Shown: piece after piece, positions 20,426-30,880 of the stretch
How the letters are laid out: every line of letters starts with the position of its first letter
Position numbering within the stretch: position 1 is the stretch's first letter
Source of the DNA: Syntrophorhabdaceae bacterium
Lineage (GTDB): Bacteria; Desulfobacterota; Syntrophorhabdia; Syntrophorhabdales; Syntrophorhabdaceae
NCBI GenBank assembly: GCA_963666485.2
Contig: CAXXUO010000004.1
Span: 64,001-128,000 of the forward strand
DNA length: 64,000 nt
Direction: 5' to 3'
Notes under the pieces: model-generated
Told to the model about the DNA's origin: nothing
The model's database searches: none
The model's input: only the letters and a program-made list of their open reading frames with translations
Made by a program: the position numbers and the translations under genes

Positions 20426-21973
20426 TTATTCCGCCTGCAACTTTCTTCTCCTTACAATGGCCCGCACATCACCAGCCATTCCTGCAAGGAGAAGAACAAA
20501 AGACAGATAATTCGCGAAAACAACAGCCTGCGGCATCCTGAGTTCGCCGACCGTGAACAGGGAAACTCCCAGGATATGGAGAAATGTGAATGAAGACATG
20601 AAGAAGCTGATAAAATAGATGTCTTTTCTTAAACTCGTGACCAGCAGAATCAATGAGCCTATTATCGTAAACAATAATGCGTATCCCCATTTCCCGGACA
20701 TGAAATAAGATCTGTATCCTTGCAACAGCATCAAATAAGCCTGGCCCGCAAGAGATGGGACTATGGTCACCGTAGAGCCGTTTACTTTATATTTGTCCAG
20801 ACCGGCTGCGTCACCGTATTCCTTGAGAATATAATGCCGGGGATTAACTTTGTCATATGATCGTTCAACGAAAATAATTTTATAAATATCCTGCAGATGT
20901 CCGAGGTAATCGATATCCATATTACTGTAGGAAAACATTTGCCGGTACATATTGAAGAGAACGATCTTTTTGTAGGTCGACGGATGGACTTTGATAGCAT
21001 TTAAGGCCACCGCCTTGTTGATCTTAAATATCTCCGATTTCGTCGAGGCAGCAGCAGCGAGGGGCTGCCATATCCTGTCACACGCGAAATATTTATGGTA
21101 CGGCCCGAAGAACTTGTCCATATCCCAAGAATTCAATATTATTTCCCGGTCACCGGGATCAATGAAGCTATTGATCTTTCCAATCGCCTCATTCCAGGAA
21201 TCCGGGAACGTCTGGTTCTTCTCGAGGAACGATCCAGTTGTAATGCTCAAAGTAAGTGACGAGCCGCTGGAAAATGTAAAATCCCCGTAATCCCGCCAGT
21301 TATAAAAATACACCGGCAGTACCAGTATTATGGGCGGAATAACAAGCAGTAACAGTTTTCTTATGGCTTCCTTGTTGAAAAAGAACTGGTAGCCGGCAGC
21401 GACAAATAACATGGGTAATAGCACCATACCCGTGGGCCTGAAGTATATCGACATGCCACAGAATACGGCCGACAGGCAGTACAAGGCAGCTCGCCTGTAT
21501 TTAAAGGCAAGCATCAAAAATGCAAAACAGAGCATGATGCTGCTAGAATACAGGCTATCGGTAAGTATAGCGCAATCCATGATCGTCTTGGTCCCGCTGA
21601 CCTGAAAAGCGGCAAGACATACCGCGCCCGGCAATGAAGCGTAAGGGCTTAATGCGTATACGGACAATATCAGAGTCACGCTTGCCGCAAACGAAATCAA
21701 TACCTGGAGCGTGACCGCAAATGACCAGCTATCCTTCATAAGTCCGGCAAGCCACAGAAAAACCGGGTAGCCCAAAGTTCTGTATGAAAGATCCAGGGCC
21801 TGCCCTGTTTCTATGAAAAAAGCCATCTGGATATAATTAGTTGAATCCGGTTGAATACTCGCAAGGGATGAATAGTGGTAAAAGGGATGCCGGGCGATAG
21901 CGAATATAACGGTAAACAACGCCAGCGACAAGCAAAGCAGAACGATTCGTTTGCGTCCGACGATTACGTTCAT
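20426..21973 (-). CDS. GT-C-fold-like integral membrane glycosyltransferase
   Basis: 515 aa multi-TM; PDSTNY after TM1, RTLGYP, ILTDSLY, YFRP, large periplasmic loop. Confidence 0.65.
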   Translation of the reverse strand: MNVIVGRKRIVLLCLSLALFTVIFAIARHPFYHYSSLASIQPDSTNYIQMAFFIETGQALDLSYRTLGYPVFLWLAGLMKDSWSFAVTLQVLISFAASVTLILSVYALSPYASLPGAVCLAAFQVSGTKTIMDCAILTDSLYSSSIMLCFAFLMLAFKYRRAALYCLSAVFCGMSIYFRPTGMVLLPMLFVAAGYQFFFNKEAIRKLLLLVIPPIILVLPVYFYNWRDYGDFTFSSGSSLTLSITTGSFLEKNQTFPDSWNEAIGKINSFIDPGDREIILNSWDMDKFFGPYHKYFACDRIWQPLAAAASTKSEIFKINKAVALNAIKVHPSTYKKIVLFNMYRQMFSYSNMDIDYLGHLQDIYKIIFVERSYDKVNPRHYILKEYGDAAGLDKYKVNGSTVTIVPSLAGQAYLMLLQGYRSYFMSGKWGYALLFTIIGSLILLVTSLRKDIYFISFFMSSFTFLHILGVSLFTVGELRMPQAVVFANYLSFVLLLAGMAGDVRAIVRRRKLQAE

Positions 21974-21976
21974 ATT

Positions 21977-22657
21977 TCAGTTTAACTTTTCATCGATCAG
22001 CGTTCTCACTATAGCCCACCCTGCCCTGATCTTGGGGACTTTGACCTCTCCACCGATCCGTTTATGTTCCGTTCCCGGGATCTCAATAATTTTAAGACCT
22101 TTCTTGATAGCACGAAGGAGAAGGATCTGACCCCACGTCCTCTCCCCGTTATCGATATCCAGGGCGCTGATAAGATCCCGTCGAAAACCTAGATACGTGT
22201 AAAGAAAATCGGTGAATTTGAACGGGAACATAATACTTGTCACCCTGGTGAAAAGCCAGTTCGCAAACCCCGTGGCTATGTTGTCATCATGGCTCCTGTT
22301 GCGGTTCATATACCGGGACACGTTGACCAGATCATAACCTTCTTCTTTTATCTTGTGCGTTATGATCGGGATCTGCTCGGGCTCAAAACTCCCGTCCGGG
22401 GCGTAAATGATGATTATGTCCCCGCTGACCTTGCGGACCGCTTCATTAAGAGCCGCGCCCACACCCCTTTCTTTTTGTATGAAATAGTCGTACCCGTTAT
22501 CCTTGCAGTATTCTATCGTGCCGTCGGTCGATCCCCCGTCCACAACGATCAACTCATCATACCACTCTTTCCTGATCAGGGGCATCATTGCCCTCATCCC
22601 GTCTATTTCATTGATCTCAAAGACTATTATGGACACGCTTGTACCGTTCTTGCCCAA
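21977..22657 (-). CDS. GT2 polyprenol-phosphate glycosyltransferase-like
   Basis: VVDGGSTDGT, APDG, R.GGEVK; TTG at 22657 follows a GGAGG RBS. Confidence 0.8.
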   Translation of the reverse strand: MGKNGTSVSIIVFEINEIDGMRAMMPLIRKEWYDELIVVDGGSTDGTIEYCKDNGYDYFIQKERGVGAALNEAVRKVSGDIIIIYAPDGSFEPEQIPIITHKIKEEGYDLVNVSRYMNRNRSHDDNIATGFANWLFTRVTSIMFPFKFTDFLYTYLGFRRDLISALDIDNGERTWGQILLLRAIKKGLKIIEIPGTEHKRIGGEVKVPKIRAGWAIVRTLIDEKLN

Positions 22658-22682
22658 TAAAACCTCCCGAATGTGCCTAAAT

Positions 22683-23678
22683 TTATGAAAAATCCTGCGT
22701 AGCGTACAGAATGACCTGGGTTCCCAGGTTTTCGAACCGGAACGGAACATACAGGATATCCTTCAAAATGTTTTTCACGTCATCCCGTTTCTCCGGAGGG
22801 ACAAACAGGAGCATGAAACCCCCACCGCCCGCACCAAGAAGCTTTCCCCCAATTGCGCCTGCACGTCTTGCCGCATCGTACATCTCATCGATCTTGCCTG
22901 TTGTTATGTACTGAGTAAGATCCTTTTTGAGCAGCCACGATTCGTGCAGGAGTGAACCGAATTCCTTGATGTCGCCATTGCTGTTCAGTATATCTACGGC
23001 CTGATCGACCATCTGGTGCATGGTTTTAAGTTCGATCGCTTTTTTCGGGGTGTTCTTGATCTGCTCATGAGCGATATCCGACGCATTCCGCGAAAAACCC
23101 GTAAAGAACAGCATAAGATGGTCCTGCAAAGAGTTCAGTTTATCGCCGCTGATCGTCATCGGATAAACATAAAATTCAGTCTCGCTCCCGAATTCTATCT
23201 TGTTGAACCCCCCGAACGCCACCGACACCTGGTCCTGCGATCCCACATTTTCCTGGATTATGTTCTGCTCCACATGGATGGCCTCCCTGCCGAGCTGCCT
23301 TTTCGTGACCATCTGTCCCTTTAGCGCGTAAAGAGCATTGAGAAGTCCTACCGTGAACGATGAACTGGAACCGATTCCCGATCGTGCCGGGATGTCGCTC
23401 GTATGCACCATCTCAACACCCTTTTCGATGTTGAGATACTCGAGACATGCCCTAACCGAGGGGTGAACGATCTCCTGCGTGCTGTTTCGCTCTTCCCGAA
23501 CAGAATACCGGATGAGGTGCTTCATGTTGAAGAAGGGCGGCAGATACCGGCAATTGATATAACAGTACTTGTTTATGGTCGTACTCAGGACTGCCCCCCC
23601 ATTTTCCCGATACCAGACAGGGTAATCCGTGCCGCCCCCGAAGAATGACACCCGGAATGGGGTTCGTGTTATGATCAT
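22683..23678 (-). CDS. hddA: D-glycero-alpha-D-manno-heptose 7-phosphate kinase (GHMP)
   Basis: TPFRVSFFGGGTD, PARSGIGSSS, GSQDQ, GKLLGAGGGG. Confidence 0.92.
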   Translation of the reverse strand: MIITRTPFRVSFFGGGTDYPVWYRENGGAVLSTTINKYCYINCRYLPPFFNMKHLIRYSVREERNSTQEIVHPSVRACLEYLNIEKGVEMVHTSDIPARSGIGSSSSFTVGLLNALYALKGQMVTKRQLGREAIHVEQNIIQENVGSQDQVSVAFGGFNKIEFGSETEFYVYPMTISGDKLNSLQDHLMLFFTGFSRNASDIAHEQIKNTPKKAIELKTMHQMVDQAVDILNSNGDIKEFGSLLHESWLLKKDLTQYITTGKIDEMYDAARRAGAIGGKLLGAGGGGFMLLFVPPEKRDDVKNILKDILYVPFRFENLGTQVILYATQDFS

Positions 23679-23690
23679 CTTACCGCCTCC

Positions 23691-24209
23691 TCAATCCACG
23701 TATTGGCCAAGCTCGTCACGCCGGGACAGGATCGGGTTATGAATGGGCCACCAGACATTGAACCTGGGCTCATTCCACGTGTAGCTGAACTGGGCCTTCG
23801 GATTGTAATACGTTGACTGTTTATAGTGAAATATGGCTGAATCGCTCAGTATCAGATGCCCGTTACCGAAATTAGGCGGTATCAGTATCTGCCTGTGATT
23901 ACGGTCGGACAGGACAAAAGCGTCCCATTTACCGAAATCCGGTGATCCTTCGACGCAATTGACAACTGCAAGGTAAAGTTTCCCATACGGACACGTAATG
24001 AGTTTCCATGTTTCTTTATCACCATGAAGGCCGCGCAGCACATGTTTCGTGGAACACGAGTAGTCGTCTTGTATGAACCTGATCTTTATGCCGGCTTCAA
24101 AATAATCTTGTTCATTGTAAGTTTCGACGTATTCCCCCCTGTGGTCTTCAAAACCCTCCAGCCAGACCGATAGAACACCATCCAGTTTGGTCTTCTCAAC
24201 TTTTATCAT
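23691..24209 (-). CDS. RmlC-like cupin NDP-4-keto-sugar 3,5-epimerase
   Basis: DHRGEYVETY, VLRGLHGD, GNGH, FHYKQ; located in the heptose cassette (Cj1430-like role inferred). Confidence 0.85.
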   Translation of the reverse strand: MIKVEKTKLDGVLSVWLEGFEDHRGEYVETYNEQDYFEAGIKIRFIQDDYSCSTKHVLRGLHGDKETWKLITCPYGKLYLAVVNCVEGSPDFGKWDAFVLSDRNHRQILIPPNFGNGHLILSDSAIFHYKQSTYYNPKAQFSYTWNEPRFNVWWPIHNPILSRRDELGQYVD

Positions 24210-24255
24210 AATGTCACCTCTGAATTGAATTCATGAAAATGCAAGGCAGGCGCGC

Positions 24256-25182
24256 CTAGATCGGCCGCCAGACAACGTACGATAGCGCATCATCATACAT
24301 ATTACCGAATTTATGATAATGGCTCGCGATGATCTTTATCCGCCCGTCCTTCTCAAAGTCCCTCAGCGCTGTGAGATACCCGCTGAGATAGTTTCTTTTT
24401 CGGTGGTACTGCAGAGCCAGGAAAGACAACAGGTTATCGGGGTCATAAAATTCGTGGAGGCACTCCACATTCATACATATCGCAGGCTTATTCCTTAAAA
24501 GGAAATTCAGAAATTCCCCGTGCTTATCCCCGATCTGTTCCAGCGCGCCGAACGTGAAGACCGCACTATCCCTTTCGAGAACAAGGTCACTGGCCGGCTC
24601 AAAAAAATCGAACCGTCTTCCGGTTATCCTGAACCCGAGTTCTTTCGATAAGACACCTATGATCTCCTGCGATGAGGTCGCCCAATCCAGACCAAATAAA
24701 TTCTTTTCCGGGTACAACCTCGCAAGATAGACTAAATGGTACGCGGGGCCGCAACCAAACTCGTAAATGTTCTGCGCACGTTCCAGGTATTTCCTGAAAA
24801 GCCATGTCCGGTAAACGTGAGTATAGTCGAAGACGAAATTGGGGGCCAGCGGCATGATGTATTTGAGGTTCAACCGCGCCGGGACATTCTTTTTAAAATA
24901 TTTTGGCACAAGATGATCAAAATCAAAATTCGACGCTACGAACTCCTCGAGATTCTCTCTCCACCCTGTTTCCCAGTCGCCCTGCCTTTCTTTGCCCGCG
25001 CGCCGCAGCCCGGTATCAAATATTCTTTCCAGAACCTCGAGAAGGAGTTTGTCCCGGGCCTCGCCTGCTATCTCCTCGTATTCAAAGTCGCGTGCCTTTA
25101 GGATATCCCCACAATATCGGGTTATTTCCTCGGGAGTGGTACCGAACAAAGAGGCAAAATCATCTACGGTTATGTTGGGCAT
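24256..25182 (-). CDS. SAM-dependent methyltransferase
   Basis: IYEFGCGP, FGLDW. Confidence 0.75.
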   Translation of the reverse strand: MPNITVDDFASLFGTTPEEITRYCGDILKARDFEYEEIAGEARDKLLLEVLERIFDTGLRRAGKERQGDWETGWRENLEEFVASNFDFDHLVPKYFKKNVPARLNLKYIMPLAPNFVFDYTHVYRTWLFRKYLERAQNIYEFGCGPAYHLVYLARLYPEKNLFGLDWATSSQEIIGVLSKELGFRITGRRFDFFEPASDLVLERDSAVFTFGALEQIGDKHGEFLNFLLRNKPAICMNVECLHEFYDPDNLLSFLALQYHRKRNYLSGYLTALRDFEKDGRIKIIASHYHKFGNMYDDALSYVVWRPI

Positions 25183-25233
25183 TGTCTTATCCTGTTATTT
25201 GTTTTGGTACCTGGGTACACAAAAACTGTTTAT

Positions 25234-26181
25234 TTACGGTTCCCAGCGAACTATGGTCTTTAATATCCCTCTGAGGATCGAGATCCTCAGCTGCTCACGG
25301 GCTATTATCTGTGACAGATCGGATTGCTTTTGAGGCGTGCTCAATTTGTCGCACTCCCGGGGATATAAAGAGGTCCCGCTCGAGTGCTCGAGCACGGAGA
25401 GCATCTCGACCCAACGGCGGAATTCATGGAAAGAGTGGGTGATCGTGTCCACATATTCGAAATCCGCCTTCAGAGCATTATCGATACAGTAGCAGGCCTG
25501 AACGCTGTCGAACTCGGCGCCCCTTTCTCTGAGGGTATCGAGCCCTTTTGGAATAGAAACGTCAAACATTTTCCCGACCGTCGAGTTTATTCCTTTCCCT
25601 ATACTAAGAAAGGTCTTAAAGCATTCATCGACGCTCACGGTATTTTCTGCCGTATTTCCCTTAAATCCATACAGGATCTTGTATTCGTGCCGTGCATCCT
25701 TCAGCAATCCCTTCGATAACAGGGTATCCAGAAAAACTTTAACTGCGAAATGCGCTATACCGCCTCTTTCATCCGGGTCATAATCGTGAAACGCGACTGT
25801 CCCCTGCGGTGCAACAAGGGGGTACCAGGCATTGAAATCCTCGTAAATTCCGGTAAAGTTATGGTCGCCGTCTATATAGAGAAAATCTATGGGAACCCCA
25901 ATTTCATCTATCCATGTCCTCGCGAAATCGGACGAAGCCTTCCGCACCAAAATAACGTCGGTGTCTTTCAGATTCTTCCTTGCCCTGGTGCAGTCCAGAA
26001 TGTCAACAGTGTATATCTTCACATTCTTTCCGGCGGTTGTCTTGTGGTAGATAAAACTCGTACCGCCCATCGCTGTACCGATCTCGACTATGGTGCCATT
26101 CTCAGGCACGCCAGCCGCCAGGCGGCTCAGGACGTCCTGTTCTTCCTTCCAGACAAAGGCAAAATCAACTTTTTCCATCAT
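25234..26181 (-). CDS. SAM-dependent methyltransferase (Methyltransf_24-like)
   Basis: VEIGTAMGGT, DFLYIDGDH, GTVAFHDY. Confidence 0.82.
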   Translation of the reverse strand: MMEKVDFAFVWKEEQDVLSRLAAGVPENGTIVEIGTAMGGTSFIYHKTTAGKNVKIYTVDILDCTRARKNLKDTDVILVRKASSDFARTWIDEIGVPIDFLYIDGDHNFTGIYEDFNAWYPLVAPQGTVAFHDYDPDERGGIAHFAVKVFLDTLLSKGLLKDARHEYKILYGFKGNTAENTVSVDECFKTFLSIGKGINSTVGKMFDVSIPKGLDTLRERGAEFDSVQACYCIDNALKADFEYVDTITHSFHEFRRWVEMLSVLEHSSGTSLYPRECDKLSTPQKQSDLSQIIAREQLRISILRGILKTIVRWEP

Positions 26182-27160
26182 CTTTCACTTTCTGAAATGA
26201 TCTGTCGTAGAAGAGGTCTTCATTTTCTTTATAGATATCCTGGACCTTCTTTATCTCATCCTGCGCCAGCGGGAGCATATCGGATGCGCCGGCATTCTCG
26301 AGCACTTCGGAGACGTTCATCATTCCCGGTATAACCGTTGAAACCGGATCAAATCCGAGGCAGAACCTCAAGGCAGCCTGCGCAGGGGTCTGACGACTGT
26401 TCTCGAAGAGGAACGAAAAAAGCTCAGGCGCCTTCGCCCATCTCTTCAGCTGATCCTTCGGCCAGTTTTTCCTGTGATCGGTCTCTTCGAAGTCTTCGTT
26501 CCCTTTCAATCTTCCGGCCAGGTACCCGAACGTCAGGGGCGTACGGACAATTACACCGATCCCGTCCCTGTTCGCCCGGTCGAAAAGACCATTAGTTACG
26601 GCGCGCTGATCGATCATGTTGAAGTTTACCTCCACTATCCGGAAACCGAATTCTTCGACAGCTTTTATGGCATCCTGAGGAGTGCGGGCCGATATTCCGT
26701 AGGTCTTGATCTTACCCCTCTTCTTGAACATTTCGAGCGTATCCAGGACACTTCTGTTTGCCTCGATATCTTCGAGCCTGGGACTGTGCAAGAGATACAA
26801 GTCGATGTAATCGGTCTTGAGCCGCTTCAGGCTGGCTTCCAGGGCGTCCGTAATATGTCTCGACGAAAAATCTTGCGGCATGACAAACGTCGTGTGCGGA
26901 AGCGTCCCCCCCTTGGTCGTAATCACGATCTTGCCGCGGTCATTGCCCGAAAAAACCTCACCCAGCAATTCCTCGGCGTGCCCATCCCCGTAGAGATCGG
27001 CTGTGTCATAAAAGGTGATGCCCTTCTCAAGGGCAACTCTGAGTGCCCTTCTCGATTCATCATCATCGGTGCTCCCATAAGCGGTGCCACCTATACCCCA
27101 TGTGCCGAAACCGATCTCAGACACGGTTAGTCCCGAATCACCAAGCTGCCTGTATTTCAT
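26165..27160 (-). CDS. Aldo/keto reductase
   Basis: SEIGFGTWGIG, YDTADLYG, SLKRLKTDYIDLYLLH. Confidence 0.92.
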   Translation of the reverse strand: MKYRQLGDSGLTVSEIGFGTWGIGGTAYGSTDDDESRRALRVALEKGITFYDTADLYGDGHAEELLGEVFSGNDRGKIVITTKGGTLPHTTFVMPQDFSSRHITDALEASLKRLKTDYIDLYLLHSPRLEDIEANRSVLDTLEMFKKRGKIKTYGISARTPQDAIKAVEEFGFRIVEVNFNMIDQRAVTNGLFDRANRDGIGVIVRTPLTFGYLAGRLKGNEDFEETDHRKNWPKDQLKRWAKAPELFSFLFENSRQTPAQAALRFCLGFDPVSTVIPGMMNVSEVLENAGASDMLPLAQDEIKKVQDIYKENEDLFYDRSFQKVKDDGKS

Positions 27161-27175
27161 CCTATTTGACGCTCC

Positions 27176-28156
27176 TTATCCCAATCCTGATTTACCGTAA
27201 AGCCGGATCGCATCGGGATTCGATCTTTGTTGTTTGCAAAACCATTCTATCGTTTTCTTAAGGCCGGCACTGAACGGCGTGTACTCGAAGTTCGATAGTT
27301 TCAGAAAAGCCGAATTGTCCGTGTTCTTGCGAAAGATCCCCTTCGGCTTCGTCGTATCGAAGGCTATCCGTTTCCGGTCTACCCCCAGCTCATCAGCTAT
27401 CATGTAGGCGATATCGCTGACGGAGTTCTCTTCCGTCGAGCTGATGTTCAGGACGCGTGCCTCGTTGTAATTCTCGAGGGCCCAAAAATATATCCTGGCC
27501 AGGTCTTGAGCATAGCTGTATTCCCTGAGCGGCGTCCCGTCACCCCAGATAATGATCGGTTCGTCGTTATCCCTACTTTCGTAGAAACGCCGTATAAGAG
27601 AAGGGACCATATTCGCGTCTTCGTAATTGAAATTGTCGTTCTCCCCAAATATGCCCCCGGGCACAAGCCCTATCACGTTAAGGCCATATTCTTCACGATA
27701 TCCCCGGATGGCCGGGTCTATCAGTCTCTTCGCGAAAGATGACCCGTAGTTCGATTCGTGGGGATACCCGTCATGGATCGACTCCTCCTTCAATGGCAGC
27801 GGCGCGTTGACCGGGTACATCCCCGTTGTCAGCGTCATGATCGTCTTCTTCACACCGCACTTCCGGGCCGCCTCGAGGATCCCGAACGTCATGAGGGTAT
27901 TGTCACGAAGAAGAGTGGCGGGGTGCTTTGTGCTCAGCCCTATCCCCCCACTGATGGCCGCCAGGTGGAATACCGCATCCGGGCGATACCTGCTGAACAG
28001 ATCATACGTCGCCGGGAGGTCCCTGAGATCGCAATCGGACGATCTCAAGAAAAAAAATTCATACTGCGGATACTCCGGGCTTATGGCGCGAACAGCTGTT
28101 CCGAGGACCGCCGAAGAACCCGTCACAAGTATTTTCCCGTATTCAGAACTAGACAT
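27176..28156 (-). CDS. GDP-L-fucose synthase-like SDR (NDP-4-keto-sugar reductase)
   Basis: CDLRD, FHLAAISGGI, IWGDGTPLRE; atypical SFAKR where YxxxK is expected. Confidence 0.8.
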   Translation of the reverse strand: MSSSEYGKILVTGSSAVLGTAVRAISPEYPQYEFFFLRSSDCDLRDLPATYDLFSRYRPDAVFHLAAISGGIGLSTKHPATLLRDNTLMTFGILEAARKCGVKKTIMTLTTGMYPVNAPLPLKEESIHDGYPHESNYGSSFAKRLIDPAIRGYREEYGLNVIGLVPGGIFGENDNFNYEDANMVPSLIRRFYESRDNDEPIIIWGDGTPLREYSYAQDLARIYFWALENYNEARVLNISSTEENSVSDIAYMIADELGVDRKRIAFDTTKPKGIFRKNTDNSAFLKLSNFEYTPFSAGLKKTIEWFCKQQRSNPDAIRLYGKSGLG

Positions 28157-29081
28157 TGCTATATTGATTTCTCCTTATCACTTTATAACCCTTGACCAAT
28201 TCTTCTATTCCCTGTTGGATAGAATACGTCGGCGCATAGCCCTTAGACTCGATCTTCTCATTGCTCACCATGTAGTCCCTCTTATCGGGATCTTCACCAA
28301 CCGCGGCCTCAACAAAGTAAAAGTCCGGCACCTGTTTCTTTATCTCCTCGCAAAGCTGCCATTTGCTTAAGTTGGCCGAACTGAGCCCCACATTGTACGG
28401 CTCATTCTTCATTGACCCGAAATTGTTCAGGCAATGCACGAATGCGCGGGCCACGTCCCTGACATGTATATAGTTCCGCATGAAATGCGCCTCGAACAAC
28501 ACGAGGAAACGGTCGTTCACGGCCCTGAAGGTGAAGTCGTTAACGAGAAGGTCGAGCCTCATGCGGGGGCTTATCCCGAAAACCGTGGCGAGCCGCAACG
28601 TTATGGCATTCCCGCTCTCCAGGAGGTCCTGTTCGGCCTTAACCTTTAACCGGCCATACAGGGAAATCGGGTTCATCGGCGTTTTTTCCGTGCACTGTAT
28701 GCCCTGCTGGCCGATGCCGTAGCCGCTGTTTGTCGTCGGGAATATTATGATCTGCGAGGCGGACCGTAATTCGAGGATCATCTTGATCGCATCGTAATTG
28801 ATGGACTGCGCTTCAAGCGGGAGCTTATTGCACAATGGCGCACCCACGAGGCAAGCCAGGGGAAAGATCGCATCGGCGTCACGCATCGCAGCCGATACCG
28901 TGGGACGGTCCCGGACATCGCCTTTGATGATCCTCAATTCTTTCCGATGGCAGCAATCGAGAAGCGAAGGCTGATCATAGAGGAAATTATCCAGCACTGT
29001 CACTTCGTGCCCCTGGTCCAGGAGGACCGGGACCATCACGGAGCCTATGTAGCCGGCCCCTCCCGTTACAAGTATTTTCAT
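28149..29081 (-). CDS. GDP-D-glycero-alpha-D-manno-heptose C4 dehydrogenase-like SDR (Cj1427-like)
   Basis: PLACLVGAPLC, TNSGYG, RLATVFGISPRMRLDLLVNDF, GEDPDKRDY match my recollection of C. jejuni Cj1427. Confidence 0.82.
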   Translation of the reverse strand: MKILVTGGAGYIGSVMVPVLLDQGHEVTVLDNFLYDQPSLLDCCHRKELRIIKGDVRDRPTVSAAMRDADAIFPLACLVGAPLCNKLPLEAQSINYDAIKMILELRSASQIIIFPTTNSGYGIGQQGIQCTEKTPMNPISLYGRLKVKAEQDLLESGNAITLRLATVFGISPRMRLDLLVNDFTFRAVNDRFLVLFEAHFMRNYIHVRDVARAFVHCLNNFGSMKNEPYNVGLSSANLSKWQLCEEIKKQVPDFYFVEAAVGEDPDKRDYMVSNEKIESKGYAPTYSIQQGIEELVKGYKVIRRNQYSNV

Positions 29082-30043
29082 AAAGCCCCCTTTTCTTTGC
29101 TGATTCCTGAGATCCAATTTTTTACCGACTCCTTGTCGAAGCCGCTCTGCCGGTACAGGAAATCGCGGCTGCCGAACTTGAAAATGTATTCGTCCTTGAA
29201 ACCAAAACTCTTTATGAACCTGGTCCCATGCCCGGCGAGCAGATTAAGAATGAGACTATCCAGGCCGCCCTTTCCCGTAAAGGCCTCTTCTAAGACGGCT
29301 ATCACATCATAATCCTTGAGAAGGCCCGACAATGCCGCTTCGTTCGGAGATTTCAGGTTGAACACGTCAATAACGCCTATCCTGCGATCAGCCATCTCGG
29401 AGGAGATCTGCAGGGCCATGTGCGTTGTATACCCCGAGGACACAAGGCACAACCGATCTCCTTTGGCCAGTTCGTAAAAACCCTCCTCGTAAGACGGCGA
29501 CATCGTATCATCATAAATGGACGGCAAAGGCTTGCCGTCAAGCCGGATATACTTCGGCACTCTTGTCTTCAATGAATAATCGACGAAGTTCCGGGCCAGA
29601 ACGTAATCGCTGGGAGACGCCACAACGAGGTTGGGAAGGGTCCTCATGACCGATATATCCTCGAGGCAATGGTGCGTCGGGCCCGAGACATCATAGCTCA
29701 CTCCCGCACCGACCCCGATCATATTCACGTTGATGGGCCGGACCTGGGATGAGAGCGCAAGGTTAACGCGCATCTGCTCGAAAGACCGGATCAGGAAGGA
29801 GGCTATGGCATAGCCATATACGGTGAAACCCTCCAGGGCCAGGCCTGTCGCAACGTTCACGAGATTTTGCTCGGCAATACCCACGTTAATGAACCGGTCT
29901 TTGAAGACTTCGCGCAGTTTGTCAAGAAGCGGGGCCCCCATGTCGGCGGACAGGAAAAAGATGCTCTCGTCTTCGTGCATTTTGTCGTAAAGCCTTTCCA
30001 GTAAGGCATCACGCATGGTCATCATTTTTTTTGCAGTACTCAT
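29078..30043 (-). CDS. Transketolase-like ThDP enzyme, C-terminal subunit
   Basis: NVGIAEQN, GPTHH, YIRL. Confidence 0.9.
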   Translation of the reverse strand: MSTAKKMMTMRDALLERLYDKMHEDESIFFLSADMGAPLLDKLREVFKDRFINVGIAEQNLVNVATGLALEGFTVYGYAIASFLIRSFEQMRVNLALSSQVRPINVNMIGVGAGVSYDVSGPTHHCLEDISVMRTLPNLVVASPSDYVLARNFVDYSLKTRVPKYIRLDGKPLPSIYDDTMSPSYEEGFYELAKGDRLCLVSSGYTTHMALQISSEMADRRIGVIDVFNLKSPNEAALSGLLKDYDVIAVLEEAFTGKGGLDSLILNLLAGHGTRFIKSFGFKDEYIFKFGSRDFLYRQSGFDKESVKNWISGISKEKGAL

Positions 30044-30855
30044 TTCTCACCCGAAAGCAAATCGTCTATTTCGGCTCCCGTGAGGGACCTTATATGACAG
30101 AGATCATCCGTTTCCAGACGAGGCACGCCCCGCCCTTTCCTTGTGTGGACGATCGCCACTGAAGGCCGGTCCCCTTTTTGACGGACCAGGCCATTCAACC
30201 CCTCGTACAATTTCTTGAGATCATGGCCGTCGACAATGCAAATATTCCAATCAAATGCCGAGAACTTTTGCTCCAGGGGTTCAAGCCCAAGGATGTCCTT
30301 CTGGTAACCCAGCATGGACAATTTATTATTGTCTATTAACAAAATAATGTTATCCAGTTTATGGAAAGAGGCGAACATTACCGCCTCCCATATTGCCCCT
30401 GCATTCAGCTCTCCGTCGCCGCACAGAACAAACACCTTGTTGTCCATTTGTTTCTTCTTCAACGCCAGTGCAATTCCGCAGGCTACACCGAGCCCATGTC
30501 CGAGGGACCCGTTGATCGTTTCAAATCCCGGGATTATGGTATCGGGAATCACACCGAGAAAGGACTCTTCCCGGGAGATCATGTCCAATTCGGCCATCTC
30601 GAAAAACCCCGTGTCGGCAAGGACCGGGTACAGTGAGATCGCCCCGTGCCCCTTGCTTATGATCAACCTGTCCCTGTCCGGCAAAAACGGGTCCCTGGGA
30701 TCGTACTTCATCAGTCCGCCGTAAAACAGCAGCACGAATATCTCGATATCGGAAAGGGACGAGGCGAGCCGGGTTTCCGGGGCCCGGCGATGCAGCAGAA
30801 GCGTCTGGCACCAGACCCAATCCACCTTTCGCTTCAATTCTTCAAAGTCAACCAT
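30040..30855 (-). CDS. Transketolase-like ThDP enzyme, N-terminal subunit
   Basis: DRLIISKGH, GSLGHGLG, GDGE..N ThDP motif, TRKGRG. Confidence 0.9.
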   Translation of the reverse strand: MVDFEELKRKVDWVWCQTLLLHRRAPETRLASSLSDIEIFVLLFYGGLMKYDPRDPFLPDRDRLIISKGHGAISLYPVLADTGFFEMAELDMISREESFLGVIPDTIIPGFETINGSLGHGLGVACGIALALKKKQMDNKVFVLCGDGELNAGAIWEAVMFASFHKLDNIILLIDNNKLSMLGYQKDILGLEPLEQKFSAFDWNICIVDGHDLKKLYEGLNGLVRQKGDRPSVAIVHTRKGRGVPRLETDDLCHIRSLTGAEIDDLLSGEK

Positions 30856-30880
30856 GTCTCAACCATCCTGATAGGCCAGT

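Noticed and set aside
29078..30855. Split transketolase as a pseudogene
   Set aside because: Two-subunit TK-like pairs are a normal architecture; the genes have an ATGA overlap and intact frames.
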